A stretch of 64,000 nt of DNA from an uncultured delta proteobacterium (GCA_963755715.1 CAVWLW010000059.1:128001-192000); one strand, 5' to 3'; numbered from the stretch's first letter, positions 42,227 to 52,809 are shown. Made by a program: numbers and translations. The notes: a model not told the origin generated them from the letters alone.

Positions 42227-43537
42227 ATGGCCGAACCTACGATCACCTGCCCGCAGTGTAAAAACGAAATCAAACTGACTGAGTCTCTCGCCGCGCCTTT
42301 GCTTGAATCCGTCAAGCGCGAGTACGAACAGCGCTTATCGCAAAAAGATGCAAACATGACCCAACGCGAACAAGCGCTCGCTGAACGCGCGCAATCTCTC
42401 GAAAGGGTCAAAGCGACCCTCGATCAACAAGTGGCCCAAAAACTTCAACAGGAACGTGTGCGCATCGCCGCCGAAGAGCAGCAGAGAGCCAAGCTTGCTC
42501 TCGGCAATGACCTCGATCAAAAAACGAATGAAATCAGTAGTCTTCAAGAGGTTCTAAAACAAAGAGATATAAAACTTGCAGAGGCGCAGAAAGCGCAGGC
42601 GGAGCTGATCCGCAAACAGCGTGAACTGGACGATGCTAAGCGCGAACTCGATTTGACCGTAGAGAAGAGAGTTCAGGCCGACCTCACCGCCGAACGCGAC
42701 AAAGCTCGGAAAGAAGCCGAGGAAGAATTGAAGCTCAAAGTAATGGAAAAGGACCAAACCATTACAGCGATGCAAAAACAGATCGAAGACTTGAGACGGC
42801 GCGCCGAGCAGGGCTCGCAGCAACTTCAAGGAGAAGTTCAGGAAATGGAGCTAGAGGCCTTGCTTACTGCCAAATTTCCACGCGACACGATCCAGCCCGT
42901 GCCCAAAGGCGAGTTTGGCGGCGATGTGCTCCACCGAGTCATCGGACCGCTCAATCAAGTTTGCGGAACGATTCTTTGGGAATGCAAGCGCACGAAAAGC
43001 TGGAGCGATGGCTGGCTGCCCAAGCTCCGTGAAGACCAACGCGCGGCAAAAGCCGAGATCGCGGTGATCATCAGCCAGGCTTTACCGAAAGAGGTCGAGA
43101 CGTTCGGTTTGATCGACGGCGTCTGGATCGCCGACCCGAAAGTTGCCTTGCCGCTCGCGCTTTCATTGCGCCAAACGTTAATTGAAGTCGCCAGCGCACG
43201 CCAAGCCTCGGAAGGCCAGCAAACCAAAATGGAAATGGTCTACAGCTATCTCACCGGGCCGCGCTTTCGTCAACGTGTTCAAGCGATTGTCGAAGCCTTC
43301 TCATCCATGAAAGAAGATCTGGACCGGGAGAAAAAGGCGATTATCCGCCAATGGGCCAAGCGCGAAGAGCAGATCGACCGCGTCATGCAGGCGACGGTCG
43401 GCATGTATGGCGACCTCCAGGGTATCGCCGGAAAAACTTTGCAGGAGATCGAAGGCTTGGAATTTCAGGAGGCGCTGGAATCGCCTGTCGAAGAGGATGA
43501 GCCCGATCCGCAAGTAGGGCTTTTCAAGATGAAATAG
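42227..43537 (+). CDS. DUF2130 family coiled-coil protein with a restriction-endonuclease-like C-terminus
   Basis: CPQC, long coiled coil, QGEVQE, GDV, ILWECKRTK.WSDGW. Confidence 0.8.
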   Translation: MAEPTITCPQCKNEIKLTESLAAPLLESVKREYEQRLSQKDANMTQREQALAERAQSLERVKATLDQQVAQKLQQERVRIAAEEQQRAKLALGNDLDQKTNEISSLQEVLKQRDIKLAEAQKAQAELIRKQRELDDAKRELDLTVEKRVQADLTAERDKARKEAEEELKLKVMEKDQTITAMQKQIEDLRRRAEQGSQQLQGEVQEMELEALLTAKFPRDTIQPVPKGEFGGDVLHRVIGPLNQVCGTILWECKRTKSWSDGWLPKLREDQRAAKAEIAVIISQALPKEVETFGLIDGVWIADPKVALPLALSLRQTLIEVASARQASEGQQTKMEMVYSYLTGPRFRQRVQAIVEAFSSMKEDLDREKKAIIRQWAKREEQIDRVMQATVGMYGDLQGIAGKTLQEIEGLEFQEALESPVEEDEPDPQVGLFKMK

Positions 43538-43545
43538 TCCGAGGG

Positions 43546-44013
43546 ATGCCTAACCTCATCATTGAGACACGAATCCGCGCTCCTATTGATATTTGCTTCG
43601 ATCTGGCGCGAGACGTGGACGCTCACACCGAATCAGCCGCATTCTCCTCAGAGCGCGTCGTTGAACCTGGTCGAACACATGGTCTGCTCGAAGTCGGCGA
43701 TATCGTCGCATTCGAGGGCCGACACTTCGGAATGAAGCAGCGCTTCGTGGCGCGAATCACTGCACTCGATCGGCCACAACGATTCGTCGATGAGATGATT
43801 CAGGGCGCGTTCAAACGGCTCCGGCACGTGCACGAATTCGAATTCAAAAATGGCGTAACTACGATGCGCGATACCCTTGAGTGGGAACCGCCCTTCGGTT
43901 TTATTGGTCGTCTCGCCGACTTTCTCTTCTTGCGTCGTCACATGCGCTGGTTCGTTAGCACGAAACAAAGCGCCCTCAAGACTATCGCGGAAAGCCGCGC
44001 AAATTCGCCATAA
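43546..44013 (+). CDS. SRPBCC family protein
   Basis: FDLARDVDAH, FVDEM..G.F....H.HEF. Confidence 0.8.
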   Translation: MPNLIIETRIRAPIDICFDLARDVDAHTESAAFSSERVVEPGRTHGLLEVGDIVAFEGRHFGMKQRFVARITALDRPQRFVDEMIQGAFKRLRHVHEFEFKNGVTTMRDTLEWEPPFGFIGRLADFLFLRRHMRWFVSTKQSALKTIAESRANSP

Positions 44014-44199
44014 AACACCCATGCACGACGGTCGAAGAGAGTTGTTGAAGATAACTAGCTGTAAAATTCAGCAGCTCCGAAATTCCGCTCATGATGGGTT
44101 ACCGAACCATGCGAACCAGTGTGTCTGCGTGTAATCTTTTCTCGCTTCACTCTCTTGTAGAGCTTCGTGGCAAAACCGAGTATGCTTCGCCGCGTCAAA

Positions 44200-44293
44200 T
44201 TTCGATCAACTGGTCTGGCGAAAAGAAGTTCAGTTCGATCAGTCGACGTTTACCTGGCTCGGCACGCCGACTCAGGTCGAACAGATCATCTTC
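44200..44293 (+). pseudogene. Internal fragment of a Bug/TctC gene
   Basis: FDQLVWRKEVQFDQSTFTWLGTPTQVEQII versus FDQLVGKKEVQFDWPKFTWLGTPTQIEQLI at 52077-52170. Confidence 0.8.
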
Positions 44294-44769
44294 TGAAGGA
44301 ATGCCCGCTCCCTCGCCCCGAGGGCCGGCCGAGACAGTACGTTGCGCTTAGGATTACTCAAAACGTTTATCCCATCTCTGGTTGAGGACAATCTCTGGCC
44401 AGAGGGTATTAGCTTCTGCATTGCTTGTAGTTTCCAGAGCGCGAGACCTTTGCGCAAATAATTCGGATCCATTTCCACGGCTTCACAGATGTTCATGAAA
44501 GAAAAGGGCCATTTATGATCGTCTTTGAAAATCCAGTCTTCCGTATCTTTGAAGAGACGATCAGCATACTGTCCCGGCAAAAGGGAATACTTTTGAAAGC
44601 ATTCGACTGCATCTAGCAAAATCGCGAACATGAGTCTCTTTTCGGGTTGGAGACAGCTGGTTCCGTCCCATCGGCCAAAATATTCCTGGACGGTGAGAAT
44701 GTCCAACTTTGACGATGAACCAACCGGGTCGAAAGCGCGGGCTCTGTAATTTAGCGTTTTGCTGTTCAC
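44272..44769 (-). CDS. Conserved-looking hypothetical protein
   Basis: PEKRLM.A.L.DA..CFQKY ... WI ... WPFSF.NICE...DP.YLR.GL pattern; function unknown. Confidence 0.6.
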   Translation of the reverse strand: MNSKTLNYRARAFDPVGSSSKLDILTVQEYFGRWDGTSCLQPEKRLMFAILLDAVECFQKYSLLPGQYADRLFKDTEDWIFKDDHKWPFSFMNICEAVEMDPNYLRKGLALWKLQAMQKLIPSGQRLSSTRDGINVLSNPKRNVLSRPALGARERAFLQKMICST

Positions 44770-44818
44770 GGGTACGACCTTCTGCGCGAAATTTGCGACT
44801 TATTCACTTGCTGAATGA

Positions 44819-45160
44819 TTACGGATTCCAACTAGTTCGCATGGGCGCCACTGCCATGAACAAAGACTCTTCACCGGGCGAGCAGAGCGAGCCAGCACCA
44901 GAACCGAAATGCGCAAGGCTGATTCTATCTTCGATATAAGGAACCGCATTAGGATAAAATTGGCGCGCGTGATCGAGAAGAAGTTTTGCCTCGCCGATCC
45001 GGCACAGAAATTCTACAATGTTCTCGTCCTGGCTTTCCTTGGGCATGTGAATGATTAGGGAATTTATTAAAATGGCATATTCTCGACTGGACAAAAGGCA
45101 TCGGCCCATAAACCCTTGATAGATTCCGATTGGCAGCTTGACGAGAACCGTCATATGCAC
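44819..45160 (-). CDS. Hypothetical protein
   Basis: 113 aa ORF with a possible RBS (AGGA); no family recognised. Confidence 0.45.
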   Translation of the reverse strand: MHMTVLVKLPIGIYQGFMGRCLLSSREYAILINSLIIHMPKESQDENIVEFLCRIGEAKLLLDHARQFYPNAVPYIEDRISLAHFGSGAGSLCSPGEESLFMAVAPMRTSWNP

Positions 45161-45358
45161 TCATCGTCCTGTGAATGGCCCAACTTTGATTTTCGTCATA
45201 AACTTAGTGACCGTTCAAGTAGTGTCGCAAAATATTCTTGGCGCGTTTCTCCCATCGCAACGGTCACTGTTTGCGGTGTAGCTATCCTATGGCCTGGATT
45301 GTGATTCGAGGCGGACAGCCATCGGATACTGTGCGAACTCGTTTTTGATTGCAGTCAC

Positions 45359-45697
45359 ATGGCCAACAAAAAACTGCCTAATCGAGCTCTAAGCGGCGCG
45401 CAGCTCGCCAAAGCGATCGCCGAAAAAATATTTGGATGGAAGAACGTCCGTAAGCACGACGGCGAGCTTATCGGCAAGAAGCAGGACAGGGCTGGACGTT
45501 GGCGAAAAGCGAAAGTGCCCGATTACACCAACGACCAGCGCCAGGCCTACGCGATAGACGACCGCATGAAGCAGCTTGGACGGTGGGAGCGGTATAACCA
45601 CGAGCTTTCCAGAATGACGAAGGCGAAGAATCTTCCCCCCGAGTGGGCGACGCCCGAGCAGAGAAGTAGAGCGGCACTGAAAGCGTTAGGCGAGTAG
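45359..45697 (+). CDS. Phage ABA-sandwich-like small basic protein
   Basis: L...IAEKIFGW ... VPDYT.D...A ... P...S.AALKA pattern. Confidence 0.5.
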   Translation: MANKKLPNRALSGAQLAKAIAEKIFGWKNVRKHDGELIGKKQDRAGRWRKAKVPDYTNDQRQAYAIDDRMKQLGRWERYNHELSRMTKAKNLPPEWATPEQRSRAALKALGE

Positions 45698-45833
45698 AAG
45701 TCAATCAACCTACGAAAATAATCGACGCACTGCTGCGAAAGTTACGGATTCAATGAACGGTTTGATACCGTAGTTGGTTGCTTGAGCGAAAGTGATATAG
45801 ATCGAAGAAACCTAACTATACACGAGGTGAGCG

Positions 45834-46145
45834 ATGCGGTTCTTATTGAAAGTGAACATCCCGGTGGAAGCCGGAAATGCGGCAGCGAAAGCCGGAAAGC
45901 TTGGTGCGACTATCCAATCGATTCTCGCCGATTTGAAGCCGGAGACCGTTTACTTTACGGACGACAACGGTCAGCGCACCGGATTTATATTTCTCGATAT
46001 GCAGGACGCCTCGCAAATCCCGGCGATCGCTGAGCCGTGGTTTCTTGCCTTCAACGCAAGCCTTGAGATTCATCCGGTCATGATACCGGAAGACCTCGAC
46101 AAGGCCGGCGGCGCCATCGAGGCGGCGGTCAAGAAATACGCTTGA
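45834..46145 (+). CDS. Small ferredoxin-like fold protein (DUF3303/GYD-like)
   Basis: KPE..YF....G.R......D..D.SQIP.IAEP.F....A.....PVM. Confidence 0.6.
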   Translation: MRFLLKVNIPVEAGNAAAKAGKLGATIQSILADLKPETVYFTDDNGQRTGFIFLDMQDASQIPAIAEPWFLAFNASLEIHPVMIPEDLDKAGGAIEAAVKKYA

Positions 46146-46348
46146 TCGCCCGCTCTCGATCCAACGCAAGTGAATCGCTGAAGCAATCGCCTGCTTCGGC
46201 GTGCTGCTCGTGAGCGGCCATCGTCACTGATACGACGGAATCTCCTCCATTCGTTTGGAGCGCCGCAGCGGATTTTAAAGTTCGTGAGAGAGCAAAGCAC
46301 TGCGCCGGAAGCCTGCTGGGCACGAGCACTTCATCATCCTGATACGGC

Positions 46349-46888
46349 ATGATAATGAAATCTTTATCTACTGGTGAAATTGCGCCAACGATGATCACCC
46401 TCGAGGTCGTCACTTCTGAAAACGCCATGGTCTTCAAAGGCGTCCGCCTGCGCGCCCTGCAGGACACGCCGAGCGCGTTCAGCTCCACCTACGCCGATGA
46501 ATCTCAACTAACCGATACCGAGTGGCTGAACCGGGTGACGCAGTGGAGCGGTAAACGATCCAGGACCTATCTTGCAATGGACACGGCCGGTCCATGCGGG
46601 ATCGCGGGTGGATTTTTCGATCAAGACGATTTACATCGCGCGCACCTGGTGTCGATGTGGGTGGCGCCGACCTATCGCCAGCTGGGAATCGGCGCTCAAT
46701 TGGTCAACGCCATCGTCGACTGGGTCCGCGCCGAAGGCGCTCGTACTTTGCGCTTGATCGTGACGAGCAACAACGATGGCGCGATCGAGTTTTACCAAAG
46801 CCTCGGGTTTACGATAACGGCGAAAATCGGCCCCTATCGCAACGATCCTGCTCTCAACGATCTTGAAATGGTCCGTTCGATTTCCTGA
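46349..46888 (+). CDS. GNAT N-acetyltransferase
   Basis: RLRALQDTP.AF, LVSMWVAP..R..GIG, N..A..FY..LGF. Confidence 0.88.
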   Translation: MIMKSLSTGEIAPTMITLEVVTSENAMVFKGVRLRALQDTPSAFSSTYADESQLTDTEWLNRVTQWSGKRSRTYLAMDTAGPCGIAGGFFDQDDLHRAHLVSMWVAPTYRQLGIGAQLVNAIVDWVRAEGARTLRLIVTSNNDGAIEFYQSLGFTITAKIGPYRNDPALNDLEMVRSIS

Positions 46889-46972
46889 CGTCGGTATTAT
46901 TGTCACGATCGACTGTGCGGGCCGGCACGCTATAGTTTTCAGATCGAGCTGACCCTGCGCACCCATTCGGCT

Positions 46973-47632
46973 ATGACCGTCCCCGATAATGATCAGAGCT
47001 TTCTCTGTTCCGACGCTACCCCAGCCGCGATGGATCAATATTGGGCCGAAGGATGGCGTCACTTCGGCATCTTTTTTTTCCGCTACTTGACCGCGCTTCA
47101 CGGGGGAAAGCAATTTACCGTTCTACCTTTGAGGATCGATCTCGAGCGCTTCGTCCTCACGCGCAGCCAAAAGCGCGTGCTCGCTAAGAATGAAGATACG
47201 AGAATACTGATGCGCCCGACATCGATCGATGAAGAAAAAGCCGCGCTATTTTTGCGACATCGGCGCCGCTTCAAGGACAACGTTCCGTCCTCGCTAAAAG
47301 ACTTTCTGTCGCCCTATCCCGCTTCGGCTCCTTGTCTCAATCTGGAGCTTTGCGTTTACGTCGGCCCGGAGCTCCTGGGTGTCACCTTTCTCGACGTCGG
47401 ATACACCGCGACTTCCGCGGTCTACGCCATCTTCGACCCGGCCGAAGCGAAACGCAGCTTAGGCATCTTGATGATGCTCCGTTCAATCGAATTCTCTCGT
47501 CAGCGCGGCTATCGCTACTATTACCCTGGTTACGCCTACCAAGAACCGTTTATCTATGACTACAAGAAGCGGTTCATTGGTTTGGAATATCTCGACTGGA
47601 AGACGGGATGGAAGGCGTTCGCCAAAACCTAG
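46973..47632 (+). CDS. Aminoacyl-tRNA-protein transferase (ATE/Bpt-like)
   Basis: GWRHFG, LRI....F...RSQKR, S.VY..FDP...RSLG, YYY.GY, YKKRF. Confidence 0.75.
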   Translation: MTVPDNDQSFLCSDATPAAMDQYWAEGWRHFGIFFFRYLTALHGGKQFTVLPLRIDLERFVLTRSQKRVLAKNEDTRILMRPTSIDEEKAALFLRHRRRFKDNVPSSLKDFLSPYPASAPCLNLELCVYVGPELLGVTFLDVGYTATSAVYAIFDPAEAKRSLGILMMLRSIEFSRQRGYRYYYPGYAYQEPFIYDYKKRFIGLEYLDWKTGWKAFAKT

Positions 47633-47866
47633 ATCGGTGAGCGGCCAAGCCCGACTTGTCGATTCTTTTTTTGCATAAGCGTGTAGGGCGAAATTAAATT
47701 AGTTTTCGTCGCACACTGCCCTAAACCAGAACTTCCCGTTAGCCTGCCGGAAAGATTTTTTACACCATCGGGTTTTGCTCGCATTGGCACGACGCGCACG
47801 TCCATTCGCTCTTGCTAAGTGAAATTCAATCATCCCTTAGCGGAAAGTCACCTTTGCGCGCGCCTC

Positions 47867-47913
47867 TTGACAAATATTGCAGATCGTAATATCTAAATAG
47901 CAATTAGCAATAT
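47867..47913 (+). promoter_or_regulatory. Promoter/operator of the XRE-psp operon
   Basis: TTGACA followed by the inverted repeat ATATTGC..GTAATAT and TAGCAAT TAGCAAT directly before the ATG; -10 spacing imperfect. Confidence 0.5.
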
Positions 47914-48400
47914 GAAACTAGGCGCCAAACTCCGATACTTGCGCGAAGTCGAAGGCACGCTTCGCGGATTGGGACGCGCGATGACACAGCAAGAAATCGT
48001 TCGCTCGGTCAAGAAGGAACTCGGTAAGACGATCAGCCAGTCTTATCTCTCGCAGATCGAGAGTGGCGCGCGCCCTCACCTGACCAACTCCACGCGCATG
48101 CTGCTGGCGCGATTCTTCAAGGTGCATCCGGGTTACCTCGTCGACGATCCGGAAGGTTATTCGACCGAGCTGCTTTCGGACGTCGGCGTGCTCGAAGACA
48201 AATTGGATCTTTGGCTGATTAGCGGCGCGGAGCGTTTTAGACGCGATCTCGACTTGCACGAGGCCCTCGTGACCATCGCTCGCCACGAAGATTCGCGTAT
48301 GTGCCTGGTGCTGCTCGGCGCCATCATTGATAACCCCGGCCTAGCCGAGCGCCTTCTGCAGGTGCTCAAGCCGGCAGCGGAAAGGAGGAATGCAAAATGA
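47912..48400 (+). CDS. XRE-family HTH regulator
   Basis: LGAKLRYLR, TQQE, ISQSYLSQIESG; overlaps the next start by ATGA. Confidence 0.85.
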   Translation: MKLGAKLRYLREVEGTLRGLGRAMTQQEIVRSVKKELGKTISQSYLSQIESGARPHLTNSTRMLLARFFKVHPGYLVDDPEGYSTELLSDVGVLEDKLDLWLISGAERFRRDLDLHEALVTIARHEDSRMCLVLLGAIIDNPGLAERLLQVLKPAAERRNAK

Positions 48401-49006
48401 CTTGGGCTGATTTCTACCTCATCTGTTTTTTTCTGGGCTTCGTCCTCAGTGTGCTTTCGCTGCTGGGAAGTTTGCATCTGCACCTACCGCATTTCGATTT
48501 CCACATCGGCGGGGATCATGCGCATGCTCCCCACTCGGGCGGAGGCCACGCGCGGTGAAGTTGCGCCGATTAATTTCGGCACCGTCGCGGCATTTCTCGC
48601 CTGGTTCGGCGGCACGGGTTATTTGCTCGCGCGGTTTTCTACCTTCTGGTTCCTGCTCGGTTTCGTCATTGCTTGCGCGAGTGGGTTCGTCGGAGCGGCG
48701 ATCGTGTTCTTTTTCCTCGCCAAGGTGCTCATTCGCCACGACGAGGAACTGAACCCGGCGGACTACGATATGATCGGCGTGCTCGGCACCCTAAGCAGCA
48801 ACATTCGACCGTCCGGCACCGGCGAGATGATCTTTTCGCAGGCGGGTACTCGTCGCGCCGCTCCCGCGCGCAGCGATGACGGAATCGAAATCGCTAAAGG
48901 AACCGAAGTCGTTGTGACACGGTACGAGCGCGGCGTTGCCTATGTCCGGCCCTGGGAAGAGCTGACAAATTCTGCGGCACCATCAAACGAAATAAAGGAG
49001 GACTAA
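48397..49006 (+). CDS. NfeD-like membrane protein with a His-rich loop, frameshifted near 48550
   Basis: MTWADFYLICF..LHLHLPHFDFHIGGDHAHAPH then FLAWFGG.G and OB-fold I.KGTEVVV..YERGVAYV. Confidence 0.8.
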
Positions 49007-49010
49007 ATAT

Positions 49011-50433
49011 ATGAGCTTGGAAATTATTTTCGCCATCGCGGGCCTGATGGCATTGACTCTCATTTTGCTGATGTCGATGTTCGCTCGGCTCTACCGCAAG
49101 GCCGGGCCCCATGAGGCTCTAGTGGTGTATGGTTTTCGCGGCACAAGAATTATCAAAGGGCGAGGCTCGGTGATTTTTCCCGATGGTGGAGAATTGCAAG
49201 CTGCTCTCCCTGGAACTGATGTCTTTCGACGTCGCGCCCCAGCAAGATCTCTATACAAAACAGGGCGTCGCGGTAACGGTGGAAGCCGTCGCGCAGATCA
49301 AGGTCAAATCCGATCCCGAGTCGATTCAGACCGCTTCCGAACAGTTTCTCACGAAGACACCGCAGGAGCGCGAGGGATTGATCCGCCTGGTGCTGGAAGG
49401 CCACCTGCGCGGGATCATCGGTCAGCTCACGGTGGAAGAGATCGTCAAGCAGCCCGAAATGGTCGGCGACCGCATGCGCTCCACCTGCGCCGACGATATG
49501 AACAAGATGGGACTGGAGGTCATCTCGTTCACGATTAAAGAAGTCCGTGACAAAAACGATTACATCACCAACATGGGCCGGCCCGATATCGCGAGGATCA
49601 AGCGGGACGCCGACGTCGCCGCCGCCGAAGCCGAGCGCGACACCGCGATCAAGCGCGCGGAGGCCATGCGCGCATCCGCCGTCGCCAAGGCCCAGGCCGA
49701 CAAGGAACGGGTGCTCGCAGAAACGATTTCGCAGGCGGCGCAGGCGGAAGCCCAGCGCGATCTTCAACTCAAGCAGGCGAATTTCCTCGAAGCTGTCCAG
49801 AAGCAGAAGGCGTCCGCAGACAAGGCGTACGAGATCCAGACAAATGTCATGCAGCAGCAGGTCATGGCCGAGCAGGTCAAGATCGAGCAGGTCCAGAAAA
49901 CCGGCCAGATCGCCGTGCAGGAAGCTGAGATTCAACGCCGCGAGCGCGAGTTGATCGCGACGGTGCTCAAGCAGGCCGAAATCGAGCGGCGCAGAATCGA
50001 GATGCTGGCCGAGGCCCAAAAGCAGAAGTTGATATTGGAAGCCGACGGCCAGGCTGCCTCTACCCGCGCGACGGGCGAAGCGGAAGCCGAAATCATTTTC
50101 AAGAAGGGCGAGGCCGAAGCAAAGGCCATGAACGTGAAGGCCGAAGCTTATCAGGAGTACAACCAGGCGGCGGTCATCGACAAGCTCATCACCAGCATGC
50201 CGGAGATCGTCAAGGCGCTCGCTTCGCCGCTCGCCAACGTCGACAAGATCACGATCGTGTCGACGGGCAACGGCAATGCCGCCGGCATGAACAAGATCAC
50301 GGGCGACGTGGCAGCGATGGCCGCGCAAATTCCCGCGTTGTTCGAAACGCTTTCCGGAGTGCAGTTCTCGGACCTGCTATCCAAAGTCAAAATGATTGGA
50401 GACAAAGCGCCCAAGCCTGACGACAAGGGCTAA
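49011..50433 (+). CDS. Flotillin/SPFH protein, frameshifted near 49180
   Basis: N-terminal TM helix, LEGHLRGIIG.LTVEEI, AEAE repeats, VDKITIV. Confidence 0.88.
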
Positions 50434-50465
50434 GGCATAGCTAAGCAATAAAATAGGAGGTTTGT

Positions 50466-51125
50466 ATGGCTTTATTGGAAAGAGTATCGACGTTGATCCG
50501 GGCCAATCTGAACGATCTGATCGACAAGGCTGAGGATCCTGAAAAGATGATCAAACAGGTGATCCTGGATATGCAGAACCAGCTCATGCAGGTGAAGACC
50601 CAGGTCGCCATCGCGATTGCCGATCAGCACGTGCTGGAGAAAAAGCAGAAGGAGAACGCAGAGAAGGAAGCTGAATGGATGCGCAAGGCCGAATTGGCCG
50701 TGGACAAGAAGCAGGATGATCTCGCGCGCGCCGCCCTCGATCGCTCTATGAGCTACAAACAAATGGCGGAAAGCTTCGACTCGCTAGTCGCGGATCAGAA
50801 GACGGAGGTCGATAACCTGAAGTCGGCCCTGCACAAGCTGGAGCAGAAGCTGGCCGAGGCCGAATCGAAGAGCGAAATGCTGATCGCGCAGCACCGTAGG
50901 TCGCGGGCATTGGCTAAAGCGAGCGACGCGCAGATGGCGATCGGCGATAAGTCGAAAACCGCTACGTTCGACCGGATGAAGAGCAAGGTACGTCACGCTG
51001 ACGCGGTCAGCCACGCCAAGGCCGAAATGGCCAATGACAGCGTCGAGGACAAGCTGGCCGCTTTGGAGAAGCAAGACGTCATCGAAAAACTGCTGAACGA
51101 AATCAAAGCGCGGCGCGCCGGGTAG
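50466..51125 (+). CDS. pspA: PspA/IM30 family protein
   Basis: M.L..R....I.AN.N.L.DKAEDPEKM..Q...DM, DDLAR.AL, F.RM..KV. Confidence 0.92.
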   Translation: MALLERVSTLIRANLNDLIDKAEDPEKMIKQVILDMQNQLMQVKTQVAIAIADQHVLEKKQKENAEKEAEWMRKAELAVDKKQDDLARAALDRSMSYKQMAESFDSLVADQKTEVDNLKSALHKLEQKLAEAESKSEMLIAQHRRSRALAKASDAQMAIGDKSKTATFDRMKSKVRHADAVSHAKAEMANDSVEDKLAALEKQDVIEKLLNEIKARRAG

Positions 51126-51128
51126 ACC

Positions 51129-51572
51129 GTGAAGAAGGTTTTCCATTTCGACTCGCAGATCGACGCGTATCGCGCCGACGCGTGTGTCGTCTCGTGCTTT
51201 GACGCGCGGTTCGAGCTGGTGACGCGCAAGTTCCTCAAGAAGCGCGGCATCTGGTGGGCCGACCCGCTGAAAATCGCCGGAGGGGCCAAAGCGTTCGCCT
51301 CTCCGGCGGAAGAATCCGAGCGCAGCTTCGCGCTGGGGCAGGTGCGAACCTCAGTGCGGCTGCACAAAACGAACCGGGTAATGCTGATGGTCCATAGTGA
51401 TTGTGGAGCGTACGGCGGATTGCAGGCGTTCGACGGCAAAGAGGAACGAGAGGCCGCAAATCATGAAGCGGAACTGCGCAGTGCCGCGGAGTTTTTAAAG
51501 AGCAACATTCCGGCAATTGAGGTAGATTGTTATTACCTTCGGTTCACCGGCGTTTGGACGCTCGAGGCATAA
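51129..51572 (+). CDS. Small beta-carbonic-anhydrase-like protein
   Basis: C-x-D-x-R (CFDAR) and H-x-x-C (HSDCGAYG) zinc motifs. Confidence 0.7.
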   Translation: MKKVFHFDSQIDAYRADACVVSCFDARFELVTRKFLKKRGIWWADPLKIAGGAKAFASPAEESERSFALGQVRTSVRLHKTNRVMLMVHSDCGAYGGLQAFDGKEEREAANHEAELRSAAEFLKSNIPAIEVDCYYLRFTGVWTLEA

Positions 51573-51780
51573 ATTTCTTGGCCACCAATCCAATCGGTTT
51601 ATTTTTTTCATCAGTTAGCAATTCTCCATCATCCCGCAGAGCGTGAGGAATCTCGCCTCACGAACGCTCCGCCAAAAGAAGCACTGTTTCGCTCCTCTCA
51701 AAGGCGCGCGCTCTTGTATAAGTCGTGCGCAAACTCGGTATGGTTGCCGCGCGCACAATGCCCGTACGGGGAGGATTGCT

Positions 51781-52809
51781 ATGAACCGAATCTTTTTCGT
51801 TCTCGCTCTCGTCCTTGTTTCACCCTTCCGCACCTGGTCTCAAGCGCCGTTCTATCAAGACAAGACCGTTAGAATCATCGCCGGCTACGGCGCTGGTAGC
51901 GTTGACGACGCATGGACGCGCATGATCGCCCGCTATCTCGGCAAATATATTCCCGGCAATCCCAACATCGTCGTCCAAAATATGCCCGGCGCCGGCGCGA
52001 TGATCGCGGCTAACTACGTTTACAAAGTTGCTAAGCCCGACGGACTCACCCTCGGAGGACTGCGAGCCGGGCTCTATTTCGATCAGTTGGTCGGAAAAAA
52101 AGAAGTTCAGTTCGATTGGCCGAAGTTTACCTGGCTCGGCACCCCGACCCAGATCGAACAACTCATCTACATCCGCGCCAACACTCCTTACAAAACGATT
52201 TACGACGTACAAAAAGCAGCCGTGCCACCGAAATGCGGCGCCAGCGGGACAGCATCGACTGGCTACTACTTCGGCAATCTGTTGGAGGAAACTCTCGGCG
52301 CGAAGTTCAATACCCTCACCGGCTACAAAGATGGTCCTGAAGTCGACTTGGCGGTCGAGCGCGAAGAGATCCATTGCCGCGGCATCTCCATCGAAACCAT
52401 GTTCGGACGCGAGCCGCTCATCGGCTGGTTCAAGAACGGTTTTGTCCGCGTATTGATACAAACCGGCAAAAAACGCGACCCGAGGTTACGTGACGTTCCG
52501 ACCATCTGGGAGCTCATGAACGAGCAAAAGACTCCCGACGCCGGCAAACGCCTTTCGACGATCATCCTCGCGGCCGGCGCGTTCGGCCGGCCGTACATCA
52601 GCTCCCCGGGACTGCCGCCGGACCGCGCAAAACTTCTCCAGAGCGCTTTCAAAAAAACTCTGACAGACCCGGATTTTCAGGCCCAAGCCAAAGAACGAAA
52701 ACTAGACGTCGACCCGGTAGGCGGAGAAGAGCTGGAAACGCTAGCCCGCGAAGTGATTGCCCAGCCCGCCGACGTCGTGGAACGGATGAAACGTTTGCTG
52801 GAAAAATAG
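51781..52809 (+). CDS. Bug/TctC substrate-binding protein
   Basis: YIPGNPNIVVQNMPGAG, KPDGLT. Confidence 0.88.
   Translation: MNRIFFVLALVLVSPFRTWSQAPFYQDKTVRIIAGYGAGSVDDAWTRMIARYLGKYIPGNPNIVVQNMPGAGAMIAANYVYKVAKPDGLTLGGLRAGLYFDQLVGKKEVQFDWPKFTWLGTPTQIEQLIYIRANTPYKTIYDVQKAAVPPKCGASGTASTGYYFGNLLEETLGAKFNTLTGYKDGPEVDLAVEREEIHCRGISIETMFGREPLIGWFKNGFVRVLIQTGKKRDPRLRDVPTIWELMNEQKTPDAGKRLSTIILAAGAFGRPYISSPGLPPDRAKLLQSAFKKTLTDPDFQAQAKERKLDVDPVGGEELETLAREVIAQPADVVERMKRLLEK

Noticed and set aside
44272-45697. Prophage
   Set aside because: No structural, terminase or integrase genes
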